Shown here: positions 41,952 through 50,480 of the stretch, piece after piece
How the letters are laid out: each line of letters opens with the position of its first letter
Position numbering within the stretch: position 1 is the first letter of the stretch
NCBI GenBank assembly: GCA_903851045.1
Contig: CAINNF010000023.1
Coordinates: 202 to 64,201 of the forward strand
Length of the DNA: 64,000 nucleotides
DNA from: Candidatus Adlerbacteria bacterium
GTDB lineage: Bacteria; Patescibacteriota; Minisyncoccia; Phycocordibacterales; SBAW01
Direction of reading: 5' to 3'
Translations under genes and position numbers: made by a program
The notes under the pieces: generated by a model
Databases searched by the model: none
What the model was told of the DNA's origin: nothing
The model's input: only the letters and a program-made list of their open reading frames with translations

Positions 41952-42662
41952 TTATATAACTTCGATCTCGATGACCTTGTCGGTCGCGAATCGGTAGAGC
42001 TGCGCGGGACGGAAGGCGCCGCCACTCTTCTTGTTCGGCACCTCTTTGAGGATGTCGAGCTTGAGGATCTTCTTTCGAAAATTGCGCTTGTCGAGGTCGG
42101 CGCCGAGCACCGCCTCGTAGGCGTGTTCGAGTTCGGTGAGCGTGAACTCTTTCGGGAGCAATTTTTGCAGTAGTGTCGTGTAGGTCACGCGCGAGCGAAG
42201 ACGCGCGAGCGCCACCTTCACTATCTCGTCGTGATCATAGGCGAGCCCTCGAGCATCCTTCAGCGGACTCCACCGTGCGTCACTCGTACTCCCCCGCTCC
42301 ACCTCCGAGAGTCGCTCCCACGGCACGAACCCGAGGTACGCGACCGCCACCACGCGACCACGCGGGTCTCGGTCGATCGTGCTAAACGTATACAACTGTT
42401 CGAAGTGTACCTTCGCGGATGCGATACTCGTCTTCGCTTCGATGTGCCGCTTCGCCGCTTCATCCGCGGTCTCCGTGGGGCCAATAAGCCCACCCGGCAG
42501 CGCCTGCATCCCCTGAAAGTGAGTATTCTGCGTCGTGATCAAACGCACCCACAACCGGTCATCATGTAACGAAAAAAGCACCACATCAGTAGCGAGCACC
42601 GCAAACCGTAAGTCTTGTACTTTCATTAGTGTATATTGTACACAACATATGTATTGTGTCAA
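41952..42662 (-). CDS. nrtR: NrtR-type Nudix-related transcriptional regulator
   Basis: Nudix box GGLIGPTETADEAAKRHIEAKT. C-terminal wHTH (LPKEFTLTELEHAYEAVLGADLDKRNFRKKI...RPAQLYRF). Convergent with the end of pncB. A near-consensus promoter with palindromes lies upstream. Confidence 0.65.
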   Translation of the reverse strand: MTQYICCVQYTLMKVQDLRFAVLATDVVLFSLHDDRLWVRLITTQNTHFQGMQALPGGLIGPTETADEAAKRHIEAKTSIASAKVHFEQLYTFSTIDRDPRGRVVAVAYLGFVPWERLSEVERGSTSDARWSPLKDARGLAYDHDEIVKVALARLRSRVTYTTLLQKLLPKEFTLTELEHAYEAVLGADLDKRNFRKKILKLDILKEVPNKKSGGAFRPAQLYRFATDKVIEIEVI

Positions 42663-42729
42663 ATAGAAACCGCCGGGCCCAATGAAGGGTCCCGGCGGGT
42701 AGTGATGCCTACTCGTGCAGGTATCGATA

Positions 42730-43566
42730 CTACGCGGTAATAATACCGCGGGAGATCAGGTGGTCACGCAGGCCCATCGGGTCGTCCTTGTCGACAACAA
42801 TGATGTTACCGAAATGCCGCTCCGCGACCCCAGCGGTTTCGAACGCCGAGAAATTGCCGGCCCGCACCTGCAGTGCCAGATCCTGCGTGACGCGGCCGCT
42901 GCCATTGACCAGAAAGATTGGCCAGCCGCGCTTGGCGCCCAGCATGATCTCGGTCTGGGTGATTGCGCCGCCGTTCCATGCGACGATGTGGGCGCTCTTG
43001 AAGTTGGCGAACTGGATCAGGCGGTCCATCATCGCAAAGTACGATTTCAGGTCGCCGTCCCAGTCCAGCATCGAGTCGCCGTCCTGAACCAGCATAATGC
43101 CGGACATATTCGGCGCTGGCGCGGTGCCGTAGCTGTCCAGTACCAGTCGCGAGTTCCCCTGCAGCGTCGGAATATCGACCAGTGGGGCTGTGCCGAGGGC
43201 AACGCAGCCCGCATTGCGCGGATCCATCGCCAGGAAGCCCGCGGCATCGGTGACCATCAGGTCGACCTGGTCGTTGACGGTTTGGCGCGTCGCGCCGGTA
43301 AAGGCGAGGCCGCGGAACCCTTTGTAAGCGGTCAGAAAGAAGTGAATCATGCCGATCTTGTCGGCCTCATTCATCCCTTTGCAGCCGCCGGTGATGCGAA
43401 CCATCACATGCTTAGCCGCACAGGTAGCCATCAGTTGGAAGTTGGCCGAGACCTCGCCTTGACCGACGAAGAATAGCTTAACCTTGCCGCCCGGCGCGGT
43501 CACCTGGTGAGGGTTCGCGATGGCATTCCGGACAAACTCCGGAAGATCGATAACGTGGGTGTCCAT
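42730..43566 (-). CDS. SLOG/LOG-like Rossmann-fold protein (paralog 1)
   Basis: 278 aa. WNGGAITQTE (GGxGTxxE-like LOG motif). VNGSGR. RITGGC. Hairpin terminator downstream. Confidence 0.45.
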   Translation of the reverse strand: MDTHVIDLPEFVRNAIANPHQVTAPGGKVKLFFVGQGEVSANFQLMATCAAKHVMVRITGGCKGMNEADKIGMIHFFLTAYKGFRGLAFTGATRQTVNDQVDLMVTDAAGFLAMDPRNAGCVALGTAPLVDIPTLQGNSRLVLDSYGTAPAPNMSGIMLVQDGDSMLDWDGDLKSYFAMMDRLIQFANFKSAHIVAWNGGAITQTEIMLGAKRGWPIFLVNGSGRVTQDLALQVRAGNFSAFETAGVAERHFGNIIVVDKDDPMGLRDHLISRGIITA

Positions 43567-43642
43567 TTTCTTGTAGCTTTCCTGTTACATCGGTCGAAAT
43601 GACCGACGGGAGTCACCTCTCTGGCCACCATTGGCAGACAGG

Positions 43643-44419
43643 TTAGGCTATCGCACCAAGCTCGATGAGTTTGGTTCGAATGGATGCACTCGTACGCTCT
43701 ACTACGTGCACGTTTGGATGGTCGGACAGAAACTGTGCATCATTGGCATACTTTTCGGTCGTGCGACCACTGCCGTTGATGAGTAGTACTGGCCAGCCCA
43801 ATTGTGCCCATTGCAGTATCTCTTTTTCGGTGACACCGCCACCGTTGTAGGAGATGAGTAGCTGTTTCCAACCCGCTCCTTGCGAGAGTAGTTGGGCTGC
43901 CTTGCGAGCAAACAGCATCTCGGCATCCCACATCACACCTTGGTCGGCAGATCCTTGGACTACCACACACATATCCTGTTCGGGATGTATCTGTGTGTAA
44001 TATTCCTCACCCGGTTCGTCGTAGACCAATATGCCGGTCCGGACAAGTTGCAGATGTTGGATGTTGCCGTCAATTTCAATGCGTGGCACGACGCCGAGTG
44101 CAACCGTGTTCGGGCATCGTCGTCGAATACAGGGGACTACTTCCGTGATACTCGGGATGACGGTATCGGGGGTATCTTTGCGACGCATTTGTGTGCCGCC
44201 AAAGAGAAATGCTCCCTTAAAGTCACCCCGAAACGCATCCGCGTATAAATCGTACAAACCGTGTGCATCTTGAGGGGTCATGAAGCCACAACCGCCAGTG
44301 ATGCGCACGAGGTAGCGATGTTGCGCCCGAGTAAATTGGACCATGACGGTCGAAGATATCGGATCGCCCGTCCCTTGTATATGCAAGGAGGGACCACAAC
44401 CGTCCAGATAGTTTGTCAC
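43643..44419 (-). CDS. SLOG/LOG-like Rossmann-fold protein (paralog 2)
   Basis: 258 aa. YNGGGVTEKE, INGSGR, RITGGCGFM. Collinear with paralog 1. Confidence 0.45.
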   Translation of the reverse strand: MTNYLDGCGPSLHIQGTGDPISSTVMVQFTRAQHRYLVRITGGCGFMTPQDAHGLYDLYADAFRGDFKGAFLFGGTQMRRKDTPDTVIPSITEVVPCIRRRCPNTVALGVVPRIEIDGNIQHLQLVRTGILVYDEPGEEYYTQIHPEQDMCVVVQGSADQGVMWDAEMLFARKAAQLLSQGAGWKQLLISYNGGGVTEKEILQWAQLGWPVLLINGSGRTTEKYANDAQFLSDHPNVHVVERTSASIRTKLIELGAIA

Positions 44420-44590
44420 GAACCCTCCTTTTGTTTTGTGGGTATTTTTCGAATTACTCGAATTGACACGTAAAAGTCAAAGAACACAAGCAAAATTATA
44501 CTCTAATAGAAAATATATGTCAATACCTCGTGGGGGTCGCTTTTAAGTCAGTGTTCTGGTTGTTTAATGTATATTATAGGGACAAAGAAA

Positions 44591-44623
44591 GAGCCGGTAC
44601 CCCACAAAGGAGGTACCGGACTC
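44591..44623 (-). terminator. rho-independent terminator of 44650..45066
   Basis: Minus strand reads ccggtacc-tcctttgtggg-ggtaccgg followed by CTCTTTCTTTGT. Confidence 0.5.
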
Positions 44624-44649
44624 GAGATCCGTAGGAATAAGCGACCGAA

Positions 44650-45066
44650 TCAGTCAGCGTACCGAATCGGCCATACGTCGTCGTCCACATCCAAGACGCT
44701 GTTGAAAAACTCGGCAATCGCGCCGACCATGCAGACGAGCCACGCGACAGTCAACACCACCACAACCCCCGTCAGGGGAATCGCAGAGAGCGCCGTCAGC
44801 CACCAACAGTACGCCCATGCATCCCGCATGGACGAATCCATCAGCCTGGCCGCAGGTTCCGCATAGTACGTCAGCAGGATGAAACCTGCGAAAAAGCACA
44901 GGAACCATGCGAAGTGTCGGATTCGGTCGCTGCACCTTTCGGTGCCAGTGACCACTCTGCACAGCAGGCCCACCAGTCCAATAACAATCACCCAACCGAC
45001 AAGGTGTACCGTTTGATCGCTCATCATTGTCTCCCCACCATCCAACCAGATGGTCACACACATCAC
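44650..45066 (-). CDS. hypothetical membrane protein (4 TM)
   Basis: 138 aa, hydrophobic. Terminator downstream. Confidence 0.45.
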   Translation of the reverse strand: MMCVTIWLDGGETMMSDQTVHLVGWVIVIGLVGLLCRVVTGTERCSDRIRHFAWFLCFFAGFILLTYYAEPAARLMDSSMRDAWAYCWWLTALSAIPLTGVVVVLTVAWLVCMVGAIAEFFNSVLDVDDDVWPIRYAD

Positions 45067-45178
45067 CCCGAAACTGTCGAGGCGCAGTAGAACTTTGCTC
45101 TAGAAATTGTAGCATTAAAATTCATTTGAGTCAAGCATCTTGTGAAAACGGCCCTTCCCTGCTTGAATACTATGGTAC

Positions 45179-45264
45179 GGAGAGATGGATGAGTGGTTTA
45201 AATCAACAGTTTACTAAACTGTCGGCCCGTCAAGGGCCCGCGAGTTCGAATCTCGCTCTCTCCG
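45179..45264 (+). tRNA. type II (Ser-like) tRNA with apparent anticodon ACT
   Basis: GGAGAGA acceptor, D stem GAT/ATC, anticodon arm ACAGT-TTACTAA-ACTGT, variable arm GGCCC-GTCAA-GGGCC, T arm GCGAG-TTCGAAT-CTCGC. The loop differs from the Ser-GCT loop (CTGCTAA) by G34 to A. Confidence 0.7.
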
Positions 45265-45307
45265 CAGGAACGTGCATGGTGTTATCTAACCGTGTCCCGT
45301 TACAACC

Positions 45308-46036
45308 ATGGCACATACACCAAGAGACGAGCAGCTCATCCAAGATCTAACCTTAATAAAAGAGACGATGATTTCTGTTGCTACGCACGGAAAACAGATC
45401 CAGGATGTTAATGATGACTTTCGAAGGGTTTATGCTCGCGCGGTCGCGACTCTAGCACGGAGAAAAATCGAAAACCCACTTACATTTGGAGATCTGTGGG
45501 AGTGGTACGCACGCTGGAAAACGGGAGATTTGCCGACATATGAATCGCGTCGCGTATATGTTCGCAACCTTGTTGACCCCCTCATTCGTAAGCTCCAGAG
45601 TGGTCACGAAGAAGAATTCACACCCACGGGTTGGAGTCGTGTTGATCGAAATGTCGAAGAGATGCGGGAAGTCCTTGGATATGCCTCTAATGAGGAACAA
45701 TTTCAAACTGTCGGACTAGTTGGGCGGGAAGCGTTGATTTCTTTGGCGCAAGCTGTCTACGATTCAACTAAACATCCACCTTTAGAGCAGGGGGTGATTA
45801 TTTCCGACACTGATGCTAAAAGAATGTTGGAAAGTTATATTGCGGTTGAGTTAGCGAGCGAAAGTCAGGAAGTGCGGGCGCATGTTCGCTCCGCTTTGGG
45901 ACTTGCATTAAAACTTCAACACAGCAGAACTGCCACACTTAGATTGGCGTCTATGTGTGCCGAAGCCACCACAGCCGTGATAAATCTGATTGCAATCATC
46001 TCGGGCCAAAGAGACCCAGGGAACGAAACTGCGTAG
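45308..46036 (+). CDS. hypothetical protein (low GC, directly downstream of the tRNA)
   Basis: 242 aa. 5' region roughly 45% GC. Helical composition. No motif recognised. Confidence 0.5.
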   Translation: MAHTPRDEQLIQDLTLIKETMISVATHGKQIQDVNDDFRRVYARAVATLARRKIENPLTFGDLWEWYARWKTGDLPTYESRRVYVRNLVDPLIRKLQSGHEEEFTPTGWSRVDRNVEEMREVLGYASNEEQFQTVGLVGREALISLAQAVYDSTKHPPLEQGVIISDTDAKRMLESYIAVELASESQEVRAHVRSALGLALKLQHSRTATLRLASMCAEATTAVINLIAIISGQRDPGNETA

Positions 46037-46154
46037 AATAAAGAGTGACCGCTCCCCCTAAGTCTACCTAGTCGCGCACTCGCCAAAGTAGCCTTGCATT
46101 GGTTGGCACGTCCAAGTTCTAGACCGACCCTCTCCGCCAGAAATTTGCAGAGGC

Positions 46155-46448
46155 TCAAGCTTTCACTATCTTCTTTACGAACGAGTCGGCGACGAGGCGA
46201 AAGGCGGGGCGGTCTTCTTTTTCGTAGATGATCTTGATACCGAGCAGATGGCCGTTCGGACAGGTGAGGTCTTTGCGTGCGAGCGATACTGCGGGCTCGC
46301 TGATGCGGTCGACATACATACGACGTAGGCCCCCAGGACCATCTTTTTGATACTGGCAGATCTTCGCACCACACTTCTGACACGAGATGAGCAGCAGTCG
46401 CGAAGCTCCACCGCGCGCATGTTTGTATTTGTCGTTTTTGAGTTTCAT
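46155..46448 (-). CDS. small Cys-rich (zinc-ribbon-like) hypothetical protein
   Basis: Start MKLKND (ATG 46448, one base after the upstream TGA). CQKCGAKIC...CPNGH. Confidence 0.4.
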   Translation of the reverse strand: MKLKNDKYKHARGGASRLLLISCQKCGAKICQYQKDGPGGLRRMYVDRISEPAVSLARKDLTCPNGHLLGIKIIYEKEDRPAFRLVADSFVKKIVKA

Positions 46449-46449
46449 G

Positions 46450-47067
46450 TCAGGATACACGTGCATCAATGTGCGAAAGTGTACCAAGTTGTCGGCGACG
46501 GACAACAAGAGTCGTGACAAAACCGATATTAGATACAACAAGCGCAATCGGGAAGAGCGCTGTCGTCAGATTAAAAGAGGTGAGTGCGAAGATGCTAATG
46601 AAATATTTAAGTATAGAGAGAACGTAGAGACTTAGAGTTTCCTCGTGTGGCTTAAAGAACGCTTTTCGATATGTAGGCGCAAAAGAAATAGTATCGGCGA
46701 GTGTAACGATAATAACTGCCAACAGGGGGTTATCTGTTAATCGCCACAAGACAATCGCAACAATTGCGCTGCCAAAACATATCCAGTCGAAGGTCGTTAT
46801 GTTCTTCTCACCTCTTGAAAAAGAGAGAATCGCAATCCCAAGAACTCCAAGAGCGCTCACGCCGTTCACCCACGCACCGGCTCCCGCACCAGTGAAAAGT
46901 TGCGCACAGAAAGTAATACCAAGCATGAGGGCAAAGCCTATCCACGAGAACGGGTGCGGCTTCGTCGTGCCGCGAAAAATGTCTCGGTAATACGGTATAT
47001 AGCCGATAATGCCGATAATAGCGGCCAGGCCGCCAAGCATGATGTGGTAGTTGCAGGCCATATGCAT
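46450..47067 (-). CDS. hypothetical polytopic membrane protein (6 TM)
   Basis: 205 aa, hydrophobic. Translationally coupled to the downstream small gene. Confidence 0.5.
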   Translation of the reverse strand: MHMACNYHIMLGGLAAIIGIIGYIPYYRDIFRGTTKPHPFSWIGFALMLGITFCAQLFTGAGAGAWVNGVSALGVLGIAILSFSRGEKNITTFDWICFGSAIVAIVLWRLTDNPLLAVIIVTLADTISFAPTYRKAFFKPHEETLSLYVLSILKYFISIFALTSFNLTTALFPIALVVSNIGFVTTLVVRRRQLGTLSHIDARVS

Positions 47068-47125
47068 TCGAAAAGTATATCAACACCCAAGGGTTTGGAT
47101 CCCCCAGCTCAATCGTACAGCGTTT

Positions 47126-47857
47126 TTACCCACCGTACGCAATCCGCAGCGCCTCTTCAGCCAGCAGCACCGTTGAGTTAAACAGCGAAACCGAAGTATC
47201 TTTTTGTGTAATAGCGAGCGGCAGCTCGGTGCATCCAACAATCGTACCCTGTGCACCATCACTTGCATATCGAGCGACAATTGCTGCCAGCTGTTCTACT
47301 TCATGCAATCCTTGTGAGCCTGATATCACATGCAATATCGCGTTGTTCAAGACAGATTGCTCCGTGTCTGACGCGACGATAGTAGCGATACCAAGACGAG
47401 CGAGTGTTGTTTCGTAGATATGATAATTCCTCGTACTTTGTGAGCTGAGCAGCCCTACTTTTGTATATCCCGCATCTTTTACCGCCTTGGCGACCACTTC
47501 GACAAGGCTGATGATGGGAATTGAGACAGCTGCCTGCATGTCGTCATATAAATAGTGCACCGTGTTACAGGGGATGACGATAAAATCACATCCCACATGC
47601 TCGAGCTTTTGCACTCCGGCGATGAGCTGCTTTTTGACTTGTGCCACATCCACAAACCCAGTCTCATCAAAACCAACCAGCGGCAAGTTGTACAGCATCA
47701 TCGCTGGGAAGTCGTGGTCTTGCTCGGCGTGATAGTGGTGTTGAGCAAGATCAACTAAGTGCTGATAGAAGTCGGCACTTGCCGCCGCACCCATGCCACC
47801 AAGGATGCCGATTGTTTTGTGCGGTTTCGACTGCGCACACGAAATATCCTCTTTCAT
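47126..47857 (-). CDS. aspartate/glutamate racemase family protein
   Basis: GILGGMGAAAS. Two catalytic Cys motifs IPCNTVHY and VGCTELPL. Confidence 0.8.
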   Translation of the reverse strand: MKEDISCAQSKPHKTIGILGGMGAAASADFYQHLVDLAQHHYHAEQDHDFPAMMLYNLPLVGFDETGFVDVAQVKKQLIAGVQKLEHVGCDFIVIPCNTVHYLYDDMQAAVSIPIISLVEVVAKAVKDAGYTKVGLLSSQSTRNYHIYETTLARLGIATIVASDTEQSVLNNAILHVISGSQGLHEVEQLAAIVARYASDGAQGTIVGCTELPLAITQKDTSVSLFNSTVLLAEEALRIAYGG

Positions 47858-48134
47858 ACTCCTTCTTGTTTAGATGGTAAAAAGCGACCTTAAGGCCGCT
47901 TTGGAAAGTTCGTGTATTTAGAAGAAATTACAAACACTCGGAAGCAGCTTCAACATGTGGGCTGCGACGACGGTTCTGCGTGTTTGCAATCGAGAGATGC
48001 ATACGAGGAAAGTATCATCCATTTTGGATTTATGCAATGAAATATACGAACAATCGGTAACTGAAATATTTTCTGTCTCCCTATTTATGGTCTAACATCA
48101 CACCAGTCGAAAAATACTATACACTTAGTACCAT

Positions 48135-48698
48135 ATGACTCCCAAACAAATCGAAGTCGAATATCGCTCACGCATCAGCGAGGAAGAGTATCATGCGCTC
48201 ATCGCCTTTTTGAACGCGCACGCCGAGGACTTGGGTGAGGATGATAAATCCATCCACTTCTTCCTCTTCCCGGACAAGACGCTCAAGGTGACCGACAACA
48301 TCTCGCAAGGGTCGGCAAAGATCACGCTCAAGCTCAATCGCATCGGCAACGGCGCGATGTTTGAGGAGTTAGAAGTGCCGATTGCGCGCACCGACGTCGA
48401 CAAAATGGTGCGGATATTTGATACTTTCGGCTTCGACCACCTTATCGAACCGATTGTGAAGCGACACAACTATACGTACAAAGGGGTCGAGTTGGCGGTG
48501 AAGTATAGCGAAAGTTGGCAGTATCATGTCGAGCTTGAAGTTATGATCAATGACGAAGCGGAACACGCTGCGGCCGAAGCGAAGATCCGTACCGTTGCTG
48601 ACGAGCTCAAACTCCACATCATGACAGAGGAGGAGCTTACTGCTTTTACCACAGTGCTTGAAAACAACTATCGAAAGAACAAAGCACCGACCGTATGA
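48135..48698 (+). CDS. CYTH-domain protein (CyaB-like class IV adenylyl cyclase / triphosphatase)
   Basis: 187 aa. N-terminal EVEYRSRI (ExExK-like). Alternating acidic β-strand pattern typical of CYTH. Confidence 0.7.
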   Translation: MTPKQIEVEYRSRISEEEYHALIAFLNAHAEDLGEDDKSIHFFLFPDKTLKVTDNISQGSAKITLKLNRIGNGAMFEELEVPIARTDVDKMVRIFDTFGFDHLIEPIVKRHNYTYKGVELAVKYSESWQYHVELEVMINDEAEHAAAEAKIRTVADELKLHIMTEEELTAFTTVLENNYRKNKAPTV

Positions 48699-49549
48699 AC
48701 ACCCTCCCCTTACCATCGTACGTTCCCGAATATGCGACGCCGGATCTTGAGCGCATTGCGCATCCTGACCCATCGAAAGTGCAGGTGACGTGGATCGGGC
48801 ATTCGACTTTTCTTGTGCAGGTCGCGGGATGTAGCATCCTCACCGACCCTATTTGGAGCGAGCGAGCATCGCCGGTGAGTTGGGCAGGCCCTAGGCGGTA
48901 CGCGCGGCCGGGTGTCTCGCTTGCTGAGCTGCCACCAGTCGACGTCGTCTTGATTAGTCACACGCACTACGATCATCTTGACCGCCCGACTATCAAGCAG
49001 CTCGGCGCCTCGCCTCGGTATGTGCTGCCGCCGAACCTCGCGCCGTGGTTCGCGAGGCTTGGTATACGAAATGTCGTCGAGCTGCCGTGGTGGGAGAGTG
49101 CCGACATGAGCGGCATCAAAGTCACCGCCGTGCCAGCGAAGCATTGGTCAAAACGAAATGTCTTTGGAAGAAACACAGCGGGTTGGGGCGGCTATATCAT
49201 AGAGTCGCCAGTCGGCACCATCTATTTCGCGGGAGACACCGGCTATCACCCCGACTATTTTAAAGAGATCGGGAAGCGATTCCCACACATCGACCTCGCG
49301 CTGCTCCCTGTCGGGGCGTACTATCCACGAGCGGTCTTCGGCCGATACCACATCGACCCACGCGAGGCAGTCGTGCTGCACAAGGAGCTCGGCGCACGCA
49401 GGTCGGTCGGCATGCACTGGGGCACGTTCAAGCTGACGCAGGAGCCGCTCGGCGAGCCGCCCCTATTCCTGGCGAGCGAGGTTGCTGCTGCTGGGTTGGC
49501 GGCAGACACATTCTCAACCATGCAGATCGGCGAGACACGGGTCCTATAA
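48695..49549 (+). CDS. MBL-fold metallo-hydrolase
   Basis: ISHTHYDHLD (HxHxDH). Downstream Asp/His ligands (AGDTGYHPD, HWGTF). Start overlaps the CYTH stop (ATGA). Confidence 0.75.
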   Translation: MNTLPLPSYVPEYATPDLERIAHPDPSKVQVTWIGHSTFLVQVAGCSILTDPIWSERASPVSWAGPRRYARPGVSLAELPPVDVVLISHTHYDHLDRPTIKQLGASPRYVLPPNLAPWFARLGIRNVVELPWWESADMSGIKVTAVPAKHWSKRNVFGRNTAGWGGYIIESPVGTIYFAGDTGYHPDYFKEIGKRFPHIDLALLPVGAYYPRAVFGRYHIDPREAVVLHKELGARRSVGMHWGTFKLTQEPLGEPPLFLASEVAAAGLAADTFSTMQIGETRVL

Positions 49550-49610
49550 CACACATGACAGAAAAAACCTGCAGCACTCGCGCGCTGCAGATTGTTGGTT
49601 AGATGCTCGA

Positions 49611-50378
49611 TCACTCATACGACCGTTGGAGATTCCTTCGAGCTGCGTCTTCATACCTGTCTCGAAAGTATGCGGTCGAGTAGATCGCATGACGGTCCAA
49701 GAACAAGCGGAGCACCTTCGCGCGGCCGGCCGAAAATTGCTCCGGCGACAGGAAGGAGTATTCGGCACGGATACGGGTTTCGTATACGTCGAACTCCTTC
49801 TCGGGTGCGCCCAGGACCGCGAGGTCAAGGTCGACCACCCACTGGGCATCCCCCGCTTCGGGAGGTGCTCTGTGCAGGGTCGCCAGTATCAACGCGGATA
49901 CGTGCGCTCCCAGATGCTGCGACAGTCCAAGCTTCTCGATAGCTTGTACCGCGACATACGCGCTACGCTCCTCGTCGCTGGCGATCTTCGCGTCACCGCT
50001 CGCCTGCGGGTCACATACGGCATCGTGATACCACACGGCAAATGCGACGGCCGTTGGGTCCGCGAGATGTTCGCGCACACGCTCGCTCTCATCGAGCATC
50101 GACACGATGTGCGCGAGCGTATGATATGCGCGGTGCGGCTCGCTGTATCGTCCCACCAGGTCATGAAAGACCTCCTCCGACCGGGCGGGGTTGCCACAGG
50201 CGCGCATGAGCGACGCCCAGTGCCGTCGCGCCTTCCCAAGCACGAACATGTTCTTGAGCGCCACAACCACGACCGTAATGTCATAGAACGGTGCCATACG
50301 CTCTATCACATCGATGTGCCCGTTCGTGATAGGGTCGAGACTCGCCGCATACAAGGCTATCCGTTTCGCCATATGCAA
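49611..50378 (-). CDS. fusion-like protein: HxGH nucleotidyltransferase N-terminus (CoaD-like) + HD-domain phosphohydrolase
   Basis: N-terminal RIALYAASLDPITNGHIDVIERMAPFYD matches the CoaD GxFDPxTxGH motif. It then runs straight into an HD domain (HRAYHTLAHIV ... AVWYHDAVCDP). Confidence 0.55.
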   Translation of the reverse strand: MHMAKRIALYAASLDPITNGHIDVIERMAPFYDITVVVVALKNMFVLGKARRHWASLMRACGNPARSEEVFHDLVGRYSEPHRAYHTLAHIVSMLDESERVREHLADPTAVAFAVWYHDAVCDPQASGDAKIASDEERSAYVAVQAIEKLGLSQHLGAHVSALILATLHRAPPEAGDAQWVVDLDLAVLGAPEKEFDVYETRIRAEYSFLSPEQFSAGRAKVLRLFLDRHAIYSTAYFRDRYEDAARRNLQRSYE

Positions 50379-50480
50379 CCTCCTTTGTCAGTGTGGTTTC
50401 GTGAAAAAGTACTCCACTGCGTGGTATTCTCGGTCCCTTCACAACATGTGTCAATGCTGTATAATAACGATTATACAACT

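Noticed and set aside
44440-44590. Plus-strand TTGACA...TATACT promoter-like sequence
   Set aside because: The spacer is 28 nt (or 15 nt with the alternative hexamer). No plus-strand gene lies downstream.
46450-47067. Possible PnuC-type nicotinamide riboside transporter near the NAD cluster
   Set aside because: The only support is six TM helices at the right size. I could not see PnuC signature motifs, and the gene is 2.7 kb away from the NAD genes.
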